Position numbers and translations under genes: made by a program
Source: an uncultured delta proteobacterium
GTDB taxonomy: Bacteria; Desulfobacterota; Binatia; UBA9968
Length of the DNA: 64,000 nucleotides
Assembly (NCBI GenBank): GCA_963804165.1
Contig: CAWDPO010000043.1
Span: 352,001 to 416,000 of the forward strand
Reading direction: 5' to 3'
In this document: positions 30,827 through 40,924 of the stretch, one piece after another
Numbering within the stretch: the first letter of the stretch is position 1
How the letters are laid out: each line of letters opens with the position of its first letter
Notes under the pieces: generated by a model
What the model saw: the letters and a program-made list of their open reading frames with translations, nothing else
Database searches by the model: none
Told to the model about the DNA's origin: nothing

Positions 30827-32260
30827 TTACGGCGTGCCGACTTTTCGCCTGAGATATTGCCCCGGCGAGGCATCCGTGACCTTGGCGCGAGGAGCGCCCT
30901 CGGGCCATTCCATGACGATCTGGCCGCGGACGACGGTCATGACCGGCCAACCCGTGACATCCCAGCCCTCGTAAACTGACCAAGGGGTTACAGTGTGTAG
31001 AAGCTCTTTGGTGATCGTTGCGCGCCGTTTTAGATCGACGACGATCAAATCGGCGTCGGCGCCGGGAAGAATCGCGCCCTTTTTTGGATAAAGGCCGAAG
31101 ATGCGCGCGGGGTTTTCACTTGCGACTTGGGCCAACCGTTGGATCGAGATTCGTCCTTTGTTCACACCCTCGCTCAACATCATCGGCAGCATGCCTTCGA
31201 CGCGCGATGGAAAACCGCTGATTGTGGTAAAGACGTTCCCCGTTTCCATGGACTCGCGGGTTCTTGTATGCGCGACGTGATCGCTGCCGATGCAATCGAT
31301 GGCGCCCGACGAAAGCGCATTCCATAGCGCTTCATGCGTGGAGCGGTCGCGCAGCGGCACGTTGATCTTCCAAGCATCTTTGTGCAGGACGAGATAGTGA
31401 GTGCCGATTTCGCTGTAGACCGTCAAGCCTTCGGCTTTGGCTTTCTCGATTTCCGTAACGGTATCCGTCGTCGTGCAGTGCACTATGTAAATCGGACAGC
31501 GGGCGATGCGGGCGTAGTAAAGGTATGTTCGGGCGTGGCCGACCTCGGTGAAAGCCGGCGAGCGATCGTCCCACGCGCCCATATCGGTGCGGCCCGCCTC
31601 CATGAGCTGTTTCTGCAGCACTTGGGCGATTTCCCAGTTCTCGCAGTGAAGCAGCGCGATGGCGGGCGCGCCTAGCTTGGCGACTGCCTGGAAGACCGAG
31701 TAAATACTGCCGTCGTCGAAAAAGTAAGCCGGCCATGAAGACTTCCACGGACCTTGCATCTGCAAATGGAGCTTAAAGGAGCTGATGCCGTGCTCTCTCG
31801 CCAGATAAGGAATTTCCGTGACTTGCTCGTCAGTGCTGACGATCGGCGTGAGGAAAAAATCGATGGCCGCGGTTTTCGACGCCTTGTAGAAAATCGGCAT
31901 CGCCGTGGTGAAATTTGGAATATCCGCCGGTCCCTTCACTTTCTCAGCGCCGCCGGTGATCGCGAGGCTGACAAGCTGCAAGCCCCATGTCGTCACACCG
32001 GCAGCCGCAGCCGCGCGCGTCTCACTTTGAAAATCGGCCGCCAGGTCCCGGTGGCCGCCCAGGTGGCATTCGGGATCGATGGCGCCGGGCAGAAGATGTT
32101 TGCCGGCTAAATCGATGACCCGCTCCGCTTCCGGCAAAAAGGCATCGCTGCCGACAGCGCCGATCTTGCCGTCGACGACGGCGAGCCCGCCTTCGATGAC
32201 GCCGGACGGCGTTACGATCAAACCATTCTTGAAAACTATATCCGCGGTATTTTTAGCCAT
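30827..32260 (-). CDS. Cyclic amidohydrolase (dihydroorotase/allantoinase/hydantoinase-like)
   Basis: LLPGAID, AAAAGVTT, HCEN, IGSDH, ENPARIFGLYPKKG, GADADL. Confidence 0.9.
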   Translation of the reverse strand: MAKNTADIVFKNGLIVTPSGVIEGGLAVVDGKIGAVGSDAFLPEAERVIDLAGKHLLPGAIDPECHLGGHRDLAADFQSETRAAAAAGVTTWGLQLVSLAITGGAEKVKGPADIPNFTTAMPIFYKASKTAAIDFFLTPIVSTDEQVTEIPYLAREHGISSFKLHLQMQGPWKSSWPAYFFDDGSIYSVFQAVAKLGAPAIALLHCENWEIAQVLQKQLMEAGRTDMGAWDDRSPAFTEVGHARTYLYYARIARCPIYIVHCTTTDTVTEIEKAKAEGLTVYSEIGTHYLVLHKDAWKINVPLRDRSTHEALWNALSSGAIDCIGSDHVAHTRTRESMETGNVFTTISGFPSRVEGMLPMMLSEGVNKGRISIQRLAQVASENPARIFGLYPKKGAILPGADADLIVVDLKRRATITKELLHTVTPWSVYEGWDVTGWPVMTVVRGQIVMEWPEGAPRAKVTDASPGQYLRRKVGTP

Positions 32261-32436
32261 GGTTCACTTCGAGAAGAATTCCTTTTCCGAATCAATGACC
32301 GATTTTGCCCAGCGCGAGACCAAGTCCTCGGCGAAGGAGCGTTCGTGAATCCATTTCTGACTTGGACCCATGATCGCGATTGACGGTGTCGCCTAAGTTG
32401 TACGATAGCTCATCGTTCTTCACTTCTAAGTGTTCC

Positions 32437-33432
32437 TTACTTTCTTGCTTCCTGCAGATAGCTCATATCGATTACTGCGTCGACAGGTGGCGGCAGTTTT
32501 TGCAGACCGAACTCCTTCCAGCTCTCAGCGACGATCCGCGCGCCTTTGATATCGACCGCGCCATCGCGCGGAATCGATTTTTTGGTTTTAATAAAGAGGT
32601 TATAGGTTTTCTCAGCATCGTCATGATCCGCCTTGGCCTTCTCGATCAACGCCCGAATCACAGCGTCTTTATTTTTCGGCTCATAAAAGAACTCGCACGC
32701 GCGCGCAAAAGCGCGGAGAAATCGCACCGTCAAAGGCCTGTTTGCTTGCGCCCAGTCGCGGCGCATACCCGTAACGGTATACTGAAAATTGTCGACGTAA
32801 TCCGAAGAGTAGCCGAGCAAACGCAGCCCCGAGGCGATGGCTTTGAAATCCGATGGCTGATTGACCAAGGCCCCGGCGACTCCACCTTTTTCCACAGCCG
32901 CCAGGCGAGTTGGAGTTCCGCCGAGTCCGAGCATCTCATAGTCGGCAGGCGTCAGCCCGTTGGCTGCCAACATCCGCGCCATTATATAGTTGAGCGGATC
33001 GGTCGGGCCTGCAACAGCCAGTCGCTTCCCCTTCAAATCGGCATAGCTCCTGATCGAAGGATGTACGACCAACGCATAAATAGGCACCAGGGTATCGCCG
33101 GCCACCGCCACGAGATCGGCTCCTGCCAAGTTTGCGGAGAGTAACTGCACCAAATTCATCTGCGCAAAATCCGTGGAGCCAGCGACCAGCGCCTGCGAGG
33201 TGGCGGTCGTGGTTCCGCCGAGGACGCGCTTCATCTCGATGCCTTCTTTTTGCAGCATACCTTCCTGCTCCGCGATCAAATAGGGCCAGTGTAGCGCGGA
33301 TATCGTAATGGTACCGTAGTTGACTTGTGTGAGTTTTTGTTGGGCGGCAGCGGGGCTCACCGGCGTCATCAAAACAACCAGGACAAGCCAGGCGCTATGT
33401 ATAAGAGCCATGCGCATAGGTTTCTTCCTCAT
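32437..33432 (-). CDS. NitT/TauT substrate-binding protein
   Basis: Signal peptide, DLKGKRLAV, RFLRA, IDMSYL. Confidence 0.85.
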   Translation of the reverse strand: MRKKPMRMALIHSAWLVLVVLMTPVSPAAAQQKLTQVNYGTITISALHWPYLIAEQEGMLQKEGIEMKRVLGGTTTATSQALVAGSTDFAQMNLVQLLSANLAGADLVAVAGDTLVPIYALVVHPSIRSYADLKGKRLAVAGPTDPLNYIMARMLAANGLTPADYEMLGLGGTPTRLAAVEKGGVAGALVNQPSDFKAIASGLRLLGYSSDYVDNFQYTVTGMRRDWAQANRPLTVRFLRAFARACEFFYEPKNKDAVIRALIEKAKADHDDAEKTYNLFIKTKKSIPRDGAVDIKGARIVAESWKEFGLQKLPPPVDAVIDMSYLQEARK

Positions 33433-33670
33433 GTCGTGGCGAAATAGATTTGACGGACAGACCTGCTAGAGTCGAGCCACTACGTACTATGAGCCCGAAA
33501 AAGTGTCAAATTAAAGTGAAGAAAATACGCGGTCGCGCATGGAAGGCTAAAGCATCTTTTTAGCGAAGATCGGAGAGAGGCTTGGATTTGGCTCAACGGT
33601 CCAAGGCCAGCGTCGAGTCTGCGAGGCCGGTCGGCGTCAGGCATGAGTCTGGATTCTAGGTTTGAACATC

Positions 33671-33841
33671 TTAGTAAACCACTTTCCTGAGCACCCGCAT
33701 CATATTGCCGCCGAGTATTTTGCCGATGCTTTCTTCGCGAATAATTTCGTCCGGTGAGCTCGGCCGCGAGGTTTTTCCGGTCGAGTAACTTGGCGCCGAT
33801 GCCGTCGCGCCGGTAGATGCGATCCGTTCCAGTCGCGCTTC
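33671..33841 (-). repeat. Dipeptidase 3'-end copy C
   Basis: RIYRRDGIGAKLLDR...SIGKILGGNMMRVLRKVVY*. Confidence 0.9.
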
Positions 33842-33860
33842 CCATGGAACGAACCCGTGA

Positions 33861-34163
33861 TTAAGCATCGGCCACTGCGTGCAAGCGGAGGCCGAGCGCG
33901 CGCACGACTTTGAGCACCGTGGAGAACTCCGGGTTGCCGTCCGGTGATAGCGCTTTGTAAAGGCTCTGTCGGCCTAGACCCGTTTCGCGGGCAATCTGGC
34001 TCATACCCTTGGCACGCGCGATATCGCCCAATGCCGCGACGATGAGTGCCGGGTCGCCGTCTTCGAGCGCGGCTTCCAAGTACGCCGCCATGTCGCCTTC
34101 CGTGGTCAAATGCTCGGCTGGGTCCCACGGTCGAGTTTTTATCTTTGCGGTCTTCTTTCGCAT
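33861..34163 (-). CDS. Addiction-module antidote protein, copy 2
   Basis: Near-identical to 29361..29663. Confidence 0.92.
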   Translation of the reverse strand: MRKKTAKIKTRPWDPAEHLTTEGDMAAYLEAALEDGDPALIVAALGDIARAKGMSQIARETGLGRQSLYKALSPDGNPEFSTVLKVVRALGLRLHAVADA

Positions 34164-34172
34164 TACATATTT

Positions 34173-34400
34173 TCATGGAACCAAGAAGTCCAGCCAAGAC
34201 CAGCGATGAGGTCGCCAGAGGCCGAAAAGAAAGCCGATGGCTGCTCCCAACAAGCCACCGGGACGAACATTCTCTAATCCGAAATCTGAACCGACCACAA
34301 GCATAATGACATAGAAAGCGAGCATCCCCCCCAATCCGCCGACAATCAAACCCACAAGCGCGGTCAGCAAACGATGAACAAAGGAGGGGAATGCGTTCAC
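34173..34400 (-). CDS. Small 2-TM membrane protein
   Basis: Two Gly-rich hydrophobic segments; occupies the toxin position upstream of the antitoxin. Confidence 0.55.
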   Translation of the reverse strand: MNAFPSFVHRLLTALVGLIVGGLGGMLAFYVIMLVVGSDFGLENVRPGGLLGAAIGFLFGLWRPHRWSWLDFLVP

Positions 34401-34540
34401 AACTATCCTTATTGGTGAACCGCCGTGATTGCCGGCAGCTAAATTTGAAACTCATCAACCGCTACGAGCAAAATCAGGCGCACTATCAGTCCAGTCGCTG
34501 GTTATTGTCAATCGTCTCCTGAGCTGCTGGAAAACTCGAT

Positions 34541-35519
34541 CTAGTGAACCACTTTCCTAAGCACCCGCATCATGTTGCCACCAAGGATTTTGCCGATGTT
34601 TTCAGCCGAATAGTTTCGTGCAGTGAGCTCGGCCTGCCAGGTTTTCACGAATCGAGTAGCTTGGCGCCGATGCCGTCGCGCCGGTAGATTCGATCCTCAC
34701 TCCAGTCACGTTTTGAAACTCGGCGGCGAACGACGGCAAGTATGGCGCGATGCGCTTGGTGTCCTTGTACGACCGGTGCCAATCGTCCTGGGCCGAGACG
34801 CCGACGTGATCGATGCCGGCGAGTTTGACGCAGTAGTCGATCCAATCGGCATACTCCGCGACGCTCGTGTTGGCGCGCACGTCCTGGCAAATCACTCCGC
34901 CTTTTTTTGCCGCCGCGACGATCAACGGATCGGGCGCGTTGCGCGGCCGGTTGAACAATGCCCGGCTGGTGGAATGACTGAAGATCACCGGCTGCTCGGA
35001 AAATTCGAGCGCTTCCATCGCCGTGCGGTCGCCGGAGTGCGACAAGTCGATGACGATGCCAAGCTGGTTCATGCGCTTGATGGCTTTCTTGCCGAGGGAA
35101 GTCAGGCCGGTGTCGACTTCGGAGGCATAGCCGCAGCCGTAATAGCTGTTCTCGTTGAAAGCGAGGGCGAGACAGCGCAGGCCGAGATCGAAGAACGCAT
35201 CCAACAAGCGCAGGCTATCGTCCAACGGTTTGGGATTTTGCAGCCCGAGCAGCACGCCGACTTTGCCTCGATTCTCTTCACGATCCAGATCGGCGGCGCT
35301 CCGCACAATGTAAGCATGCGGATGATCGCGCACGATCGATTTGACGGCCTCGAAGTTTTCGATGCTTTCGAGAGTATCGTCCCAGGTGAGATTGGCGGTG
35401 CAGCCGACGATGGCGACGCCTTGCTCGCGCAGTTGATCGAGAAACGACGGCGAGAGATCTTCCGGCCAGGGCGCGCCCAGGCAGTTGACGATGGTTTGCT
35501 GTGACGTAACTGTATTCAT
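34541..35519 (-). CDS. Membrane (renal-type, M19) dipeptidase family protein, frameshifted near the 3' end
   Basis: GLTSLGKKAIKRMNQLGIVIDLSH, PVIFSHS, RNAPD, GIDHVG, KILGGN; true stop TAG at 34541. Confidence 0.85.
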
Positions 35520-35666
35520 ATCCCCTCCAGATTTCGAGCGAGCGTCCTTCCGACGCCTAAAGGAATTTCACACCGCTTGCAAGTTAGTAAAATCCTCCCT
35601 CGAAAATGGGTGAGCGTGAGACTCATAGAATAAAGAACCCGGAATACGTTAGTAACTGCAGCTTCC

Positions 35667-35959
35667 GTCATACCGCGAAAGCGGGTATCCAGGCTGATTG
35701 GGCGGAAAACCAACATGGATTCCGGCCTTCGCCGGTATGACAAAAGTCACTTCCCCCAACGCGAGGGATTTCAACCGAAAGCCGCTAAGGCGACGCCTAC
35801 TGAAAATAATAATTTCTTGCAAGCGTCAGATGCTGATTGATAGCAGATCCTTCACTTGGTGGGCTGTGCCAGAATGTCATTCTGAGTCGAAGCCGAAGAA
35901 TCTGCTTTTTTCGGTAAGCGGTCGGAAAATCAGATGCTTCGCTTTGGCTCAGCATGACA
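35667..35959. repeat. Intergenic REP-like palindromes
   Basis: GTCATACCG...CCGGTATGAC and TGTCATTCTGAG...CTCAGCATGACA hairpin pairs. Confidence 0.65.
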
Positions 35960-36128
35960 TCCAGGTGATTTGTCCTTACGACACCAATCTGTCGTTCAGG
36001 ATGACGACTCGAATGAAGTGCTACTTTTTAGGACCCGGCGCGGATCCGCTAAATGAATCACGACCAGGGGTTCGAAGTCTCAGAGCAAATCTTTGACTTG
36101 GTTTGATCGCGTGTGATAACCCGTGGCC

Positions 36129-37204
36129 ATGGCAAAATCATCTCTAAAATTCACCGGCGAGGTCGGCATCCACTACCCGCTGCACGTTCTTAACCGCTAT
36201 TCCCTTCCGGAGCTCATCGACCTGGCTGAGCGCGCGTTGAAGATTTTGGGGCCGTTCAATTTTACCCGGGTCTGGACCAACGACAATCTCGAGTATCGCA
36301 GCGTTTTGGCAAGCTCCGCGGCGATCTTGGCTCGTTTACCGGTGAAACTCGGCACGGCGGTCGCCGTCCCCTACTTTCGCAATCCGGTTGACGTCGCCAT
36401 GGCCTTTGCCACCATGTCCGAGCTCGCGGGCGGGCGAGACATTTCTCTCGGCTTGGGTCCCGGTTCCAGATCGATTCTCACGCGGCACGTGGTGCGGACG
36501 AAACCCATGGCCATCATGGCCGAATTGGCCGTCGCGCTGCGCACGCTCTTCGCCGGCGAGACTCTGAATACCAGCGATATTCCGGTTTTGGCGGAATATT
36601 TTCACTTGAATGCGGAACATTATGCGTTGCGCTTCAAAACCCGGCGCCGATCCATCTCTACTACGGCCCAAGCCTGCTCAAGCCCGCCGTGCTCGATTTG
36701 ATCGCGCGCCACTTCGACGGCGTGGTGCTGCAAACTTTATACGGCATCGACGATATGGAAGCTTCGCTCGCGCGTCTCGACTCAGCGCGCTTGCAGTCCG
36801 GCGTGGGGCAACCGCTGCGCAAAACGATGCTCGTCAACGCTTCCGTATCGCACGACAGCCATGCGGCAAAACAACACGCGAAACGGTTCGTGTCGCACAT
36901 CGCTTCGGGTTGGCCGGACGACGTGCTCGCCGCGAAAGGTATCGATCCGAAAGCGATTCAAGCGGTCCGTCAAGCCTACGCCGAGAACCGGGGCGTGGAT
37001 TACGCTTCCGCGCTGACACCCGACGAGGCGGTGGACCGGCTGATTATCTCAGGCACTCCGGAAGAATGTATCGGCCGGCTTCGGAACCTTTTTCAACTTG
37101 CTGCGCGCCATGGCTTCGGCGAGATCACTATCGGAGTTCCCCTCGGGCCCGACGTCCCCGAGGCCATAGATCTTTGGGGAAAAGAAATATTGCCGGCAAT
37201 TTAG
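36129..37204 (+). CDS. LLM (luciferase-like) flavin/F420-dependent oxidoreductase, frameshifted
   Basis: VKLGTAV, RNP...A..FATMSELAGGR..LGLGPG, GTPEEC; frameshift near 36650. Confidence 0.85.
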
Positions 37205-37226
37205 TTACCCGCGTCCCGCAAAGCCC

Positions 37227-38222
37227 CTACTCGATTCGATACACTCGCGCCGCCGTGTCATGAAATAGCGACGCGCGCTCGCCCGCAGAATATTTTTCCG
37301 TGATCCGTTTGAAACTGTTCCAAAGATTCACGTAGGAGGTGGAAAGCTTCTCCACTGGAAAGTTGCTTTCGAACATGCAACGACCGGTCCCCAGCTTTTC
37401 AATGCACCATTCGAAGTACGGCCCCAAAGCCGCGGCGAGCTCAGCCGATGAAGGTTTGACCGCGCGCGCGTGCCAATCATAACCCGAGCGAAGCGAACCG
37501 ACGCCGCCGAGTTTTACGGAAACGTTTGGACAACTTGCCAAAGCCGCGATTCCTCGACTCCAGATTTGGAATACTTCGTCCCGCTGACCCGTGTAAGGTC
37601 CAACGCCCAGCGGCGCAGCGATATGGTTGAGAATGATCGTCACCTCCGGGAAAGCCTGCGCCAGAGCGGCAAGCTCCGGCAGTTGCGGATGATAGAGCCA
37701 AGCATCGAAGCTGAGATTGAGCTTACCCAACAGGGCAAAGCCCCGGCGAAAATTACTATCCGCGAGCAGACCCGGCGGCGCATCGCTTCGCAGCGCGCTG
37801 CTGGCATCCCAAATCGTCGAGTGGCGAATGCCGCGAAAATGGTGTGGGCTTGCCGCCCTATGCGCTTCAAGCACAGCTGCTGCTTTATCTCCCAGCGTTA
37901 GGTTGGCATGCCCGACGATGGCAGCCGCGACGCGCGTTTCTATCGCGGCATCGGCGGCAACTCGATTGGCCACGCTGTCAAGAAACTCCGTCTCACCGAC
38001 CGGCTGCAACTCTTCCGGGCCGCCTTTGCGGTAGGAGTAGCGACATTCGACCGCGACTGTCGAAACCACGTTGTGACCGCTACGTAAGTCCTGAAGCAAC
38101 TCGTCAAGCAGATAGTCCCCCGGGGGCCGCTCCCACAAGTGATGATGCGGATCGCAAATCGGCAGCTCGGGCTCCAAAGCGGCTTCGACGGCTGCTTCAC
38201 GATCATGAATTTCCATTGCCAT
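37227..38222 (-). CDS. Amidohydrolase family protein (Amidohydro_2)
   Basis: ICDPHHHLW, FRGIRH, ILNH, NVSVKLGG, RCMFESNFPV. Confidence 0.9.
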   Translation of the reverse strand: MAMEIHDREAAVEAALEPELPICDPHHHLWERPPGDYLLDELLQDLRSGHNVVSTVAVECRYSYRKGGPEELQPVGETEFLDSVANRVAADAAIETRVAAAIVGHANLTLGDKAAAVLEAHRAASPHHFRGIRHSTIWDASSALRSDAPPGLLADSNFRRGFALLGKLNLSFDAWLYHPQLPELAALAQAFPEVTIILNHIAAPLGVGPYTGQRDEVFQIWSRGIAALASCPNVSVKLGGVGSLRSGYDWHARAVKPSSAELAAALGPYFEWCIEKLGTGRCMFESNFPVEKLSTSYVNLWNSFKRITEKYSAGERASLFHDTAARVYRIE

Positions 38223-38297
38223 TCGCAGCATCTCCAAATGTAGGGGCGGGTTTAAAATCTGCCCTACAGCCACCCATCGGCAGCAATTCCCGCCGTT

Positions 38298-39527
38298 TTA
38301 ACGAATCCGCCACGCGCGCGGTAAAGCCAGATGCATGCCGAGCATGGTGAGAACACCGGCGGCGCCCATCAGGGCGACGGCCCATTGTGTGCCGACGATC
38401 GCCGCCAGAGATCCGATCGCTATGCTACCGACGGTCATCACGACCTGGCTCATATGAAAAAGAGCGAGTGCGCGGCCGCGAAATTCCGGCGGCGAATAGG
38501 TTTGAATGACGGTCTGCACCAGCGCGTGCGAGCACACGTTGGCGAATCCGACGATGATCATGAGCGCCATCGACAAATGAAACCACGGCGACCCCGCGAA
38601 GGCGACGACACCGGCACCGTACAAAGCAACACCGCCGAGCATGAACAAGCCCCGTGGCATGCGGTCGCCGAAGGTTGCGATCATCACCGCGCTGCCGAGC
38701 GCACCGATGCCCATGGCCGTTAGGAGAAATCCCTGACCGGACGCGCCGACGTTGAGAATATCGCGGGCAAATACCGGCAAGAGCGTAGTAAACGGCACGA
38801 TGAACAGCGAAGCAAACATCACCACAAGCAGCGCGGTGCGCACGGCTTCGTTCCGCCAACTAAACTTCCAACCTTCGACGATACTCTTGCCGAAGGAAAC
38901 CGCGTGCCCGTGGTCGCCGCGTCCGCCGGTCGAGGCGCCCTCCGCAGTGCGCAATTTTAGCGTCCAATAGGTTCCCAGGATATAAAACACGGCCTGAGTA
39001 CCGAAGGCGCCTCCGGTGCCAAACACGACGATGAGCACACCGGCCAACGCCGGCCCGGTGCTTCGGGCCACGTTGAAAATAATCGAGTTGAGGCCTACGG
39101 CGTTAGTGAGACCTTCCCTTGGCACGACGTCACCGATGATCGCGGCCTTGGCCGGCTGCTGAAAAGTCTGGACACAGGCCATGGCGAAAGCCGTCACATA
39201 CACATGCCAGGGTTGGATCTGCCCCGTGAAAATAAGGATCGCAAGTAGCGCGAACATCGCGCCATCGATGATCTGAGCGACCAAGATCTGCGCCTTGCGC
39301 GAATAGCGGTCGGCGGCACTGCCGGCGATCGGCGACAGCAAGAGAATTGGAATCGCCTGCACGCCGCGCACCAGACCGAGCTGGACTGTGGAATCGGTCA
39401 GTTCATAGATCAGCCATCCGCGCGACACCTGGTCCATCCAAAATGCCATCGACGTGAAGACATGACCGAACCAAAGCAGACGGTAGTCGCGGTATCGTAA
39501 GGCGGCCAAGCCGCGCAGCTGCAACAA
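38298..39527 (-). CDS. MFS transporter
   Basis: ALRYRDYRLLW, GSAADRYSRK; start uncertain. Confidence 0.9.
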   Translation of the reverse strand: MLQLRGLAALRYRDYRLLWFGHVFTSMAFWMDQVSRGWLIYELTDSTVQLGLVRGVQAIPILLLSPIAGSAADRYSRKAQILVAQIIDGAMFALLAILIFTGQIQPWHVYVTAFAMACVQTFQQPAKAAIIGDVVPREGLTNAVGLNSIIFNVARSTGPALAGVLIVVFGTGGAFGTQAVFYILGTYWTLKLRTAEGASTGGRGDHGHAVSFGKSIVEGWKFSWRNEAVRTALLVVMFASLFIVPFTTLLPVFARDILNVGASGQGFLLTAMGIGALGSAVMIATFGDRMPRGLFMLGGVALYGAGVVAFAGSPWFHLSMALMIIVGFANVCSHALVQTVIQTYSPPEFRGRALALFHMSQVVMTVGSIAIGSLAAIVGTQWAVALMGAAGVLTMLGMHLALPRAWRIR

Positions 39528-39829
39528 CGCGTCGAGCGGCCATGCGCCGTTCGACGCGGATGGTTGCGTGCCGTCGATCGTTTCGTTTTCCGCGTTCTTT
39601 TCAGTGCGGGAAGATCTCAGAGCAAACTCCGAAGCAGAACAAGTGGGTTTGGATCGATCTTGTCGGCTATAACACGCGCCGACGCGCTGCGTCCAGCCGC
39701 AGCGCGTCGAGGGTCATTCGACTAAATGTAACGACGCGGGATTGTCGGGGCAGACCTCCGTGTCTGCCCTTTCGGATGGCTGATTAGAAGAATCACTCCG
39801 GCAGATTCACGCTGGCCGCCAATGACATG

Positions 39830-40837
39830 CTACTTGAACACGCCTTCCTTTTCGAGTTTGCGCACGATCCGTTCGTCGACGAGATCTTCTGCTTTAAGCT
39901 TGCCGAACTTAGGATCGATGCGGCTCAAAATGCGCACCGTGTTGCGCACGCCGTCGACGGTCGGAAACATACGCCGGCTGTAAAGCGTGCGCATCGCTTC
40001 GTATCCGGCGACGGCGTCATCCATTTGCGGCAGACGCAGCCATTTCATCAAAATATTGACGACGTTTTGTTTGTTCGTTGCGTCCTGGAAATAGGCGACC
40101 GACTTGGCAATGGCCTTGAGCGTCCGTTCGGCGACATCGGGCGACTGGTCGAGAAAACTCTTGCGCGCGACGATGCCGACGCCTTGATAGGGAATATCGA
40201 CCTTGGCGAGATCCTGCAAAACTCGGAAGCCGTGGCGCTGCGCGACCTTACTGAAGGTATAGCCGAGATAGGCGGCGTCAACGGTGCCGTTGATCAATCC
40301 CTGTGTGAGCACCGCCTGATCGCCGACGATGCGAAACTGGATCTTGTCTCGTTCCGGCACCAGCCCCCAGTAATCGAGTGCCAGCATGGTGAACGTCCAA
40401 ACGCCGCCGCCGATGCTCTGAATGCCGATAAATTTCCCTTTGAGATCCACCGGTGCGCTAATCTTTGACGAGACGACGACGTCGCCGTCGAGCTTATTGA
40501 CGATGCCCGCGATGAACGCGAGATCGAGACCCGCGGCCATGGCGCCGAGGCTCGCGCCGGTCGCGGACACGCTGTAGAACTGCGCCTCGTTGGCTGCCAG
40601 CGCCGAGACTGCAACTTGTCCGTTTCGCACCTGGACGATTTGCGCGTCGATGCCCTGCTCCTCGAAGAAGCGCATGTCTTTGGCGACGAAAATGTAACCG
40701 GTGCGCTCGTTGAAGCCGGCGAACACAAAGGCGACTTTCTGCGGCGGCGCTGCCGCGCCAACGATGGCCGCATGGAATGCGCCGGCTGTGAAAATTATCG
40801 TGCCGAGCAATCGGCATATGAATCGCCGTCTAAACAT
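39830..40837 (-). CDS. NitT/TauT substrate-binding protein
   Basis: FFEEQGID, DLKGKFIG, LVDERIVRKLEKEG. Confidence 0.85.
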   Translation of the reverse strand: MFRRRFICRLLGTIIFTAGAFHAAIVGAAAPPQKVAFVFAGFNERTGYIFVAKDMRFFEEQGIDAQIVQVRNGQVAVSALAANEAQFYSVSATGASLGAMAAGLDLAFIAGIVNKLDGDVVVSSKISAPVDLKGKFIGIQSIGGGVWTFTMLALDYWGLVPERDKIQFRIVGDQAVLTQGLINGTVDAAYLGYTFSKVAQRHGFRVLQDLAKVDIPYQGVGIVARKSFLDQSPDVAERTLKAIAKSVAYFQDATNKQNVVNILMKWLRLPQMDDAVAGYEAMRTLYSRRMFPTVDGVRNTVRILSRIDPKFGKLKAEDLVDERIVRKLEKEGVFK

Positions 40838-40924
40838 GACGAGTCTATTCCCCGGAGCGGCAACAGCGGGTCTACCCATTCCTCCAACACTCCATCACTC
40901 CAAATCTTCGAAGTACTTGTTTCC

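Noticed and set aside
29198-35519. Dipeptidase tail copies as DGR template/variable repeats
   Set aside because: No reverse transcriptase; differences are largely synonymous and not adenine-specific.
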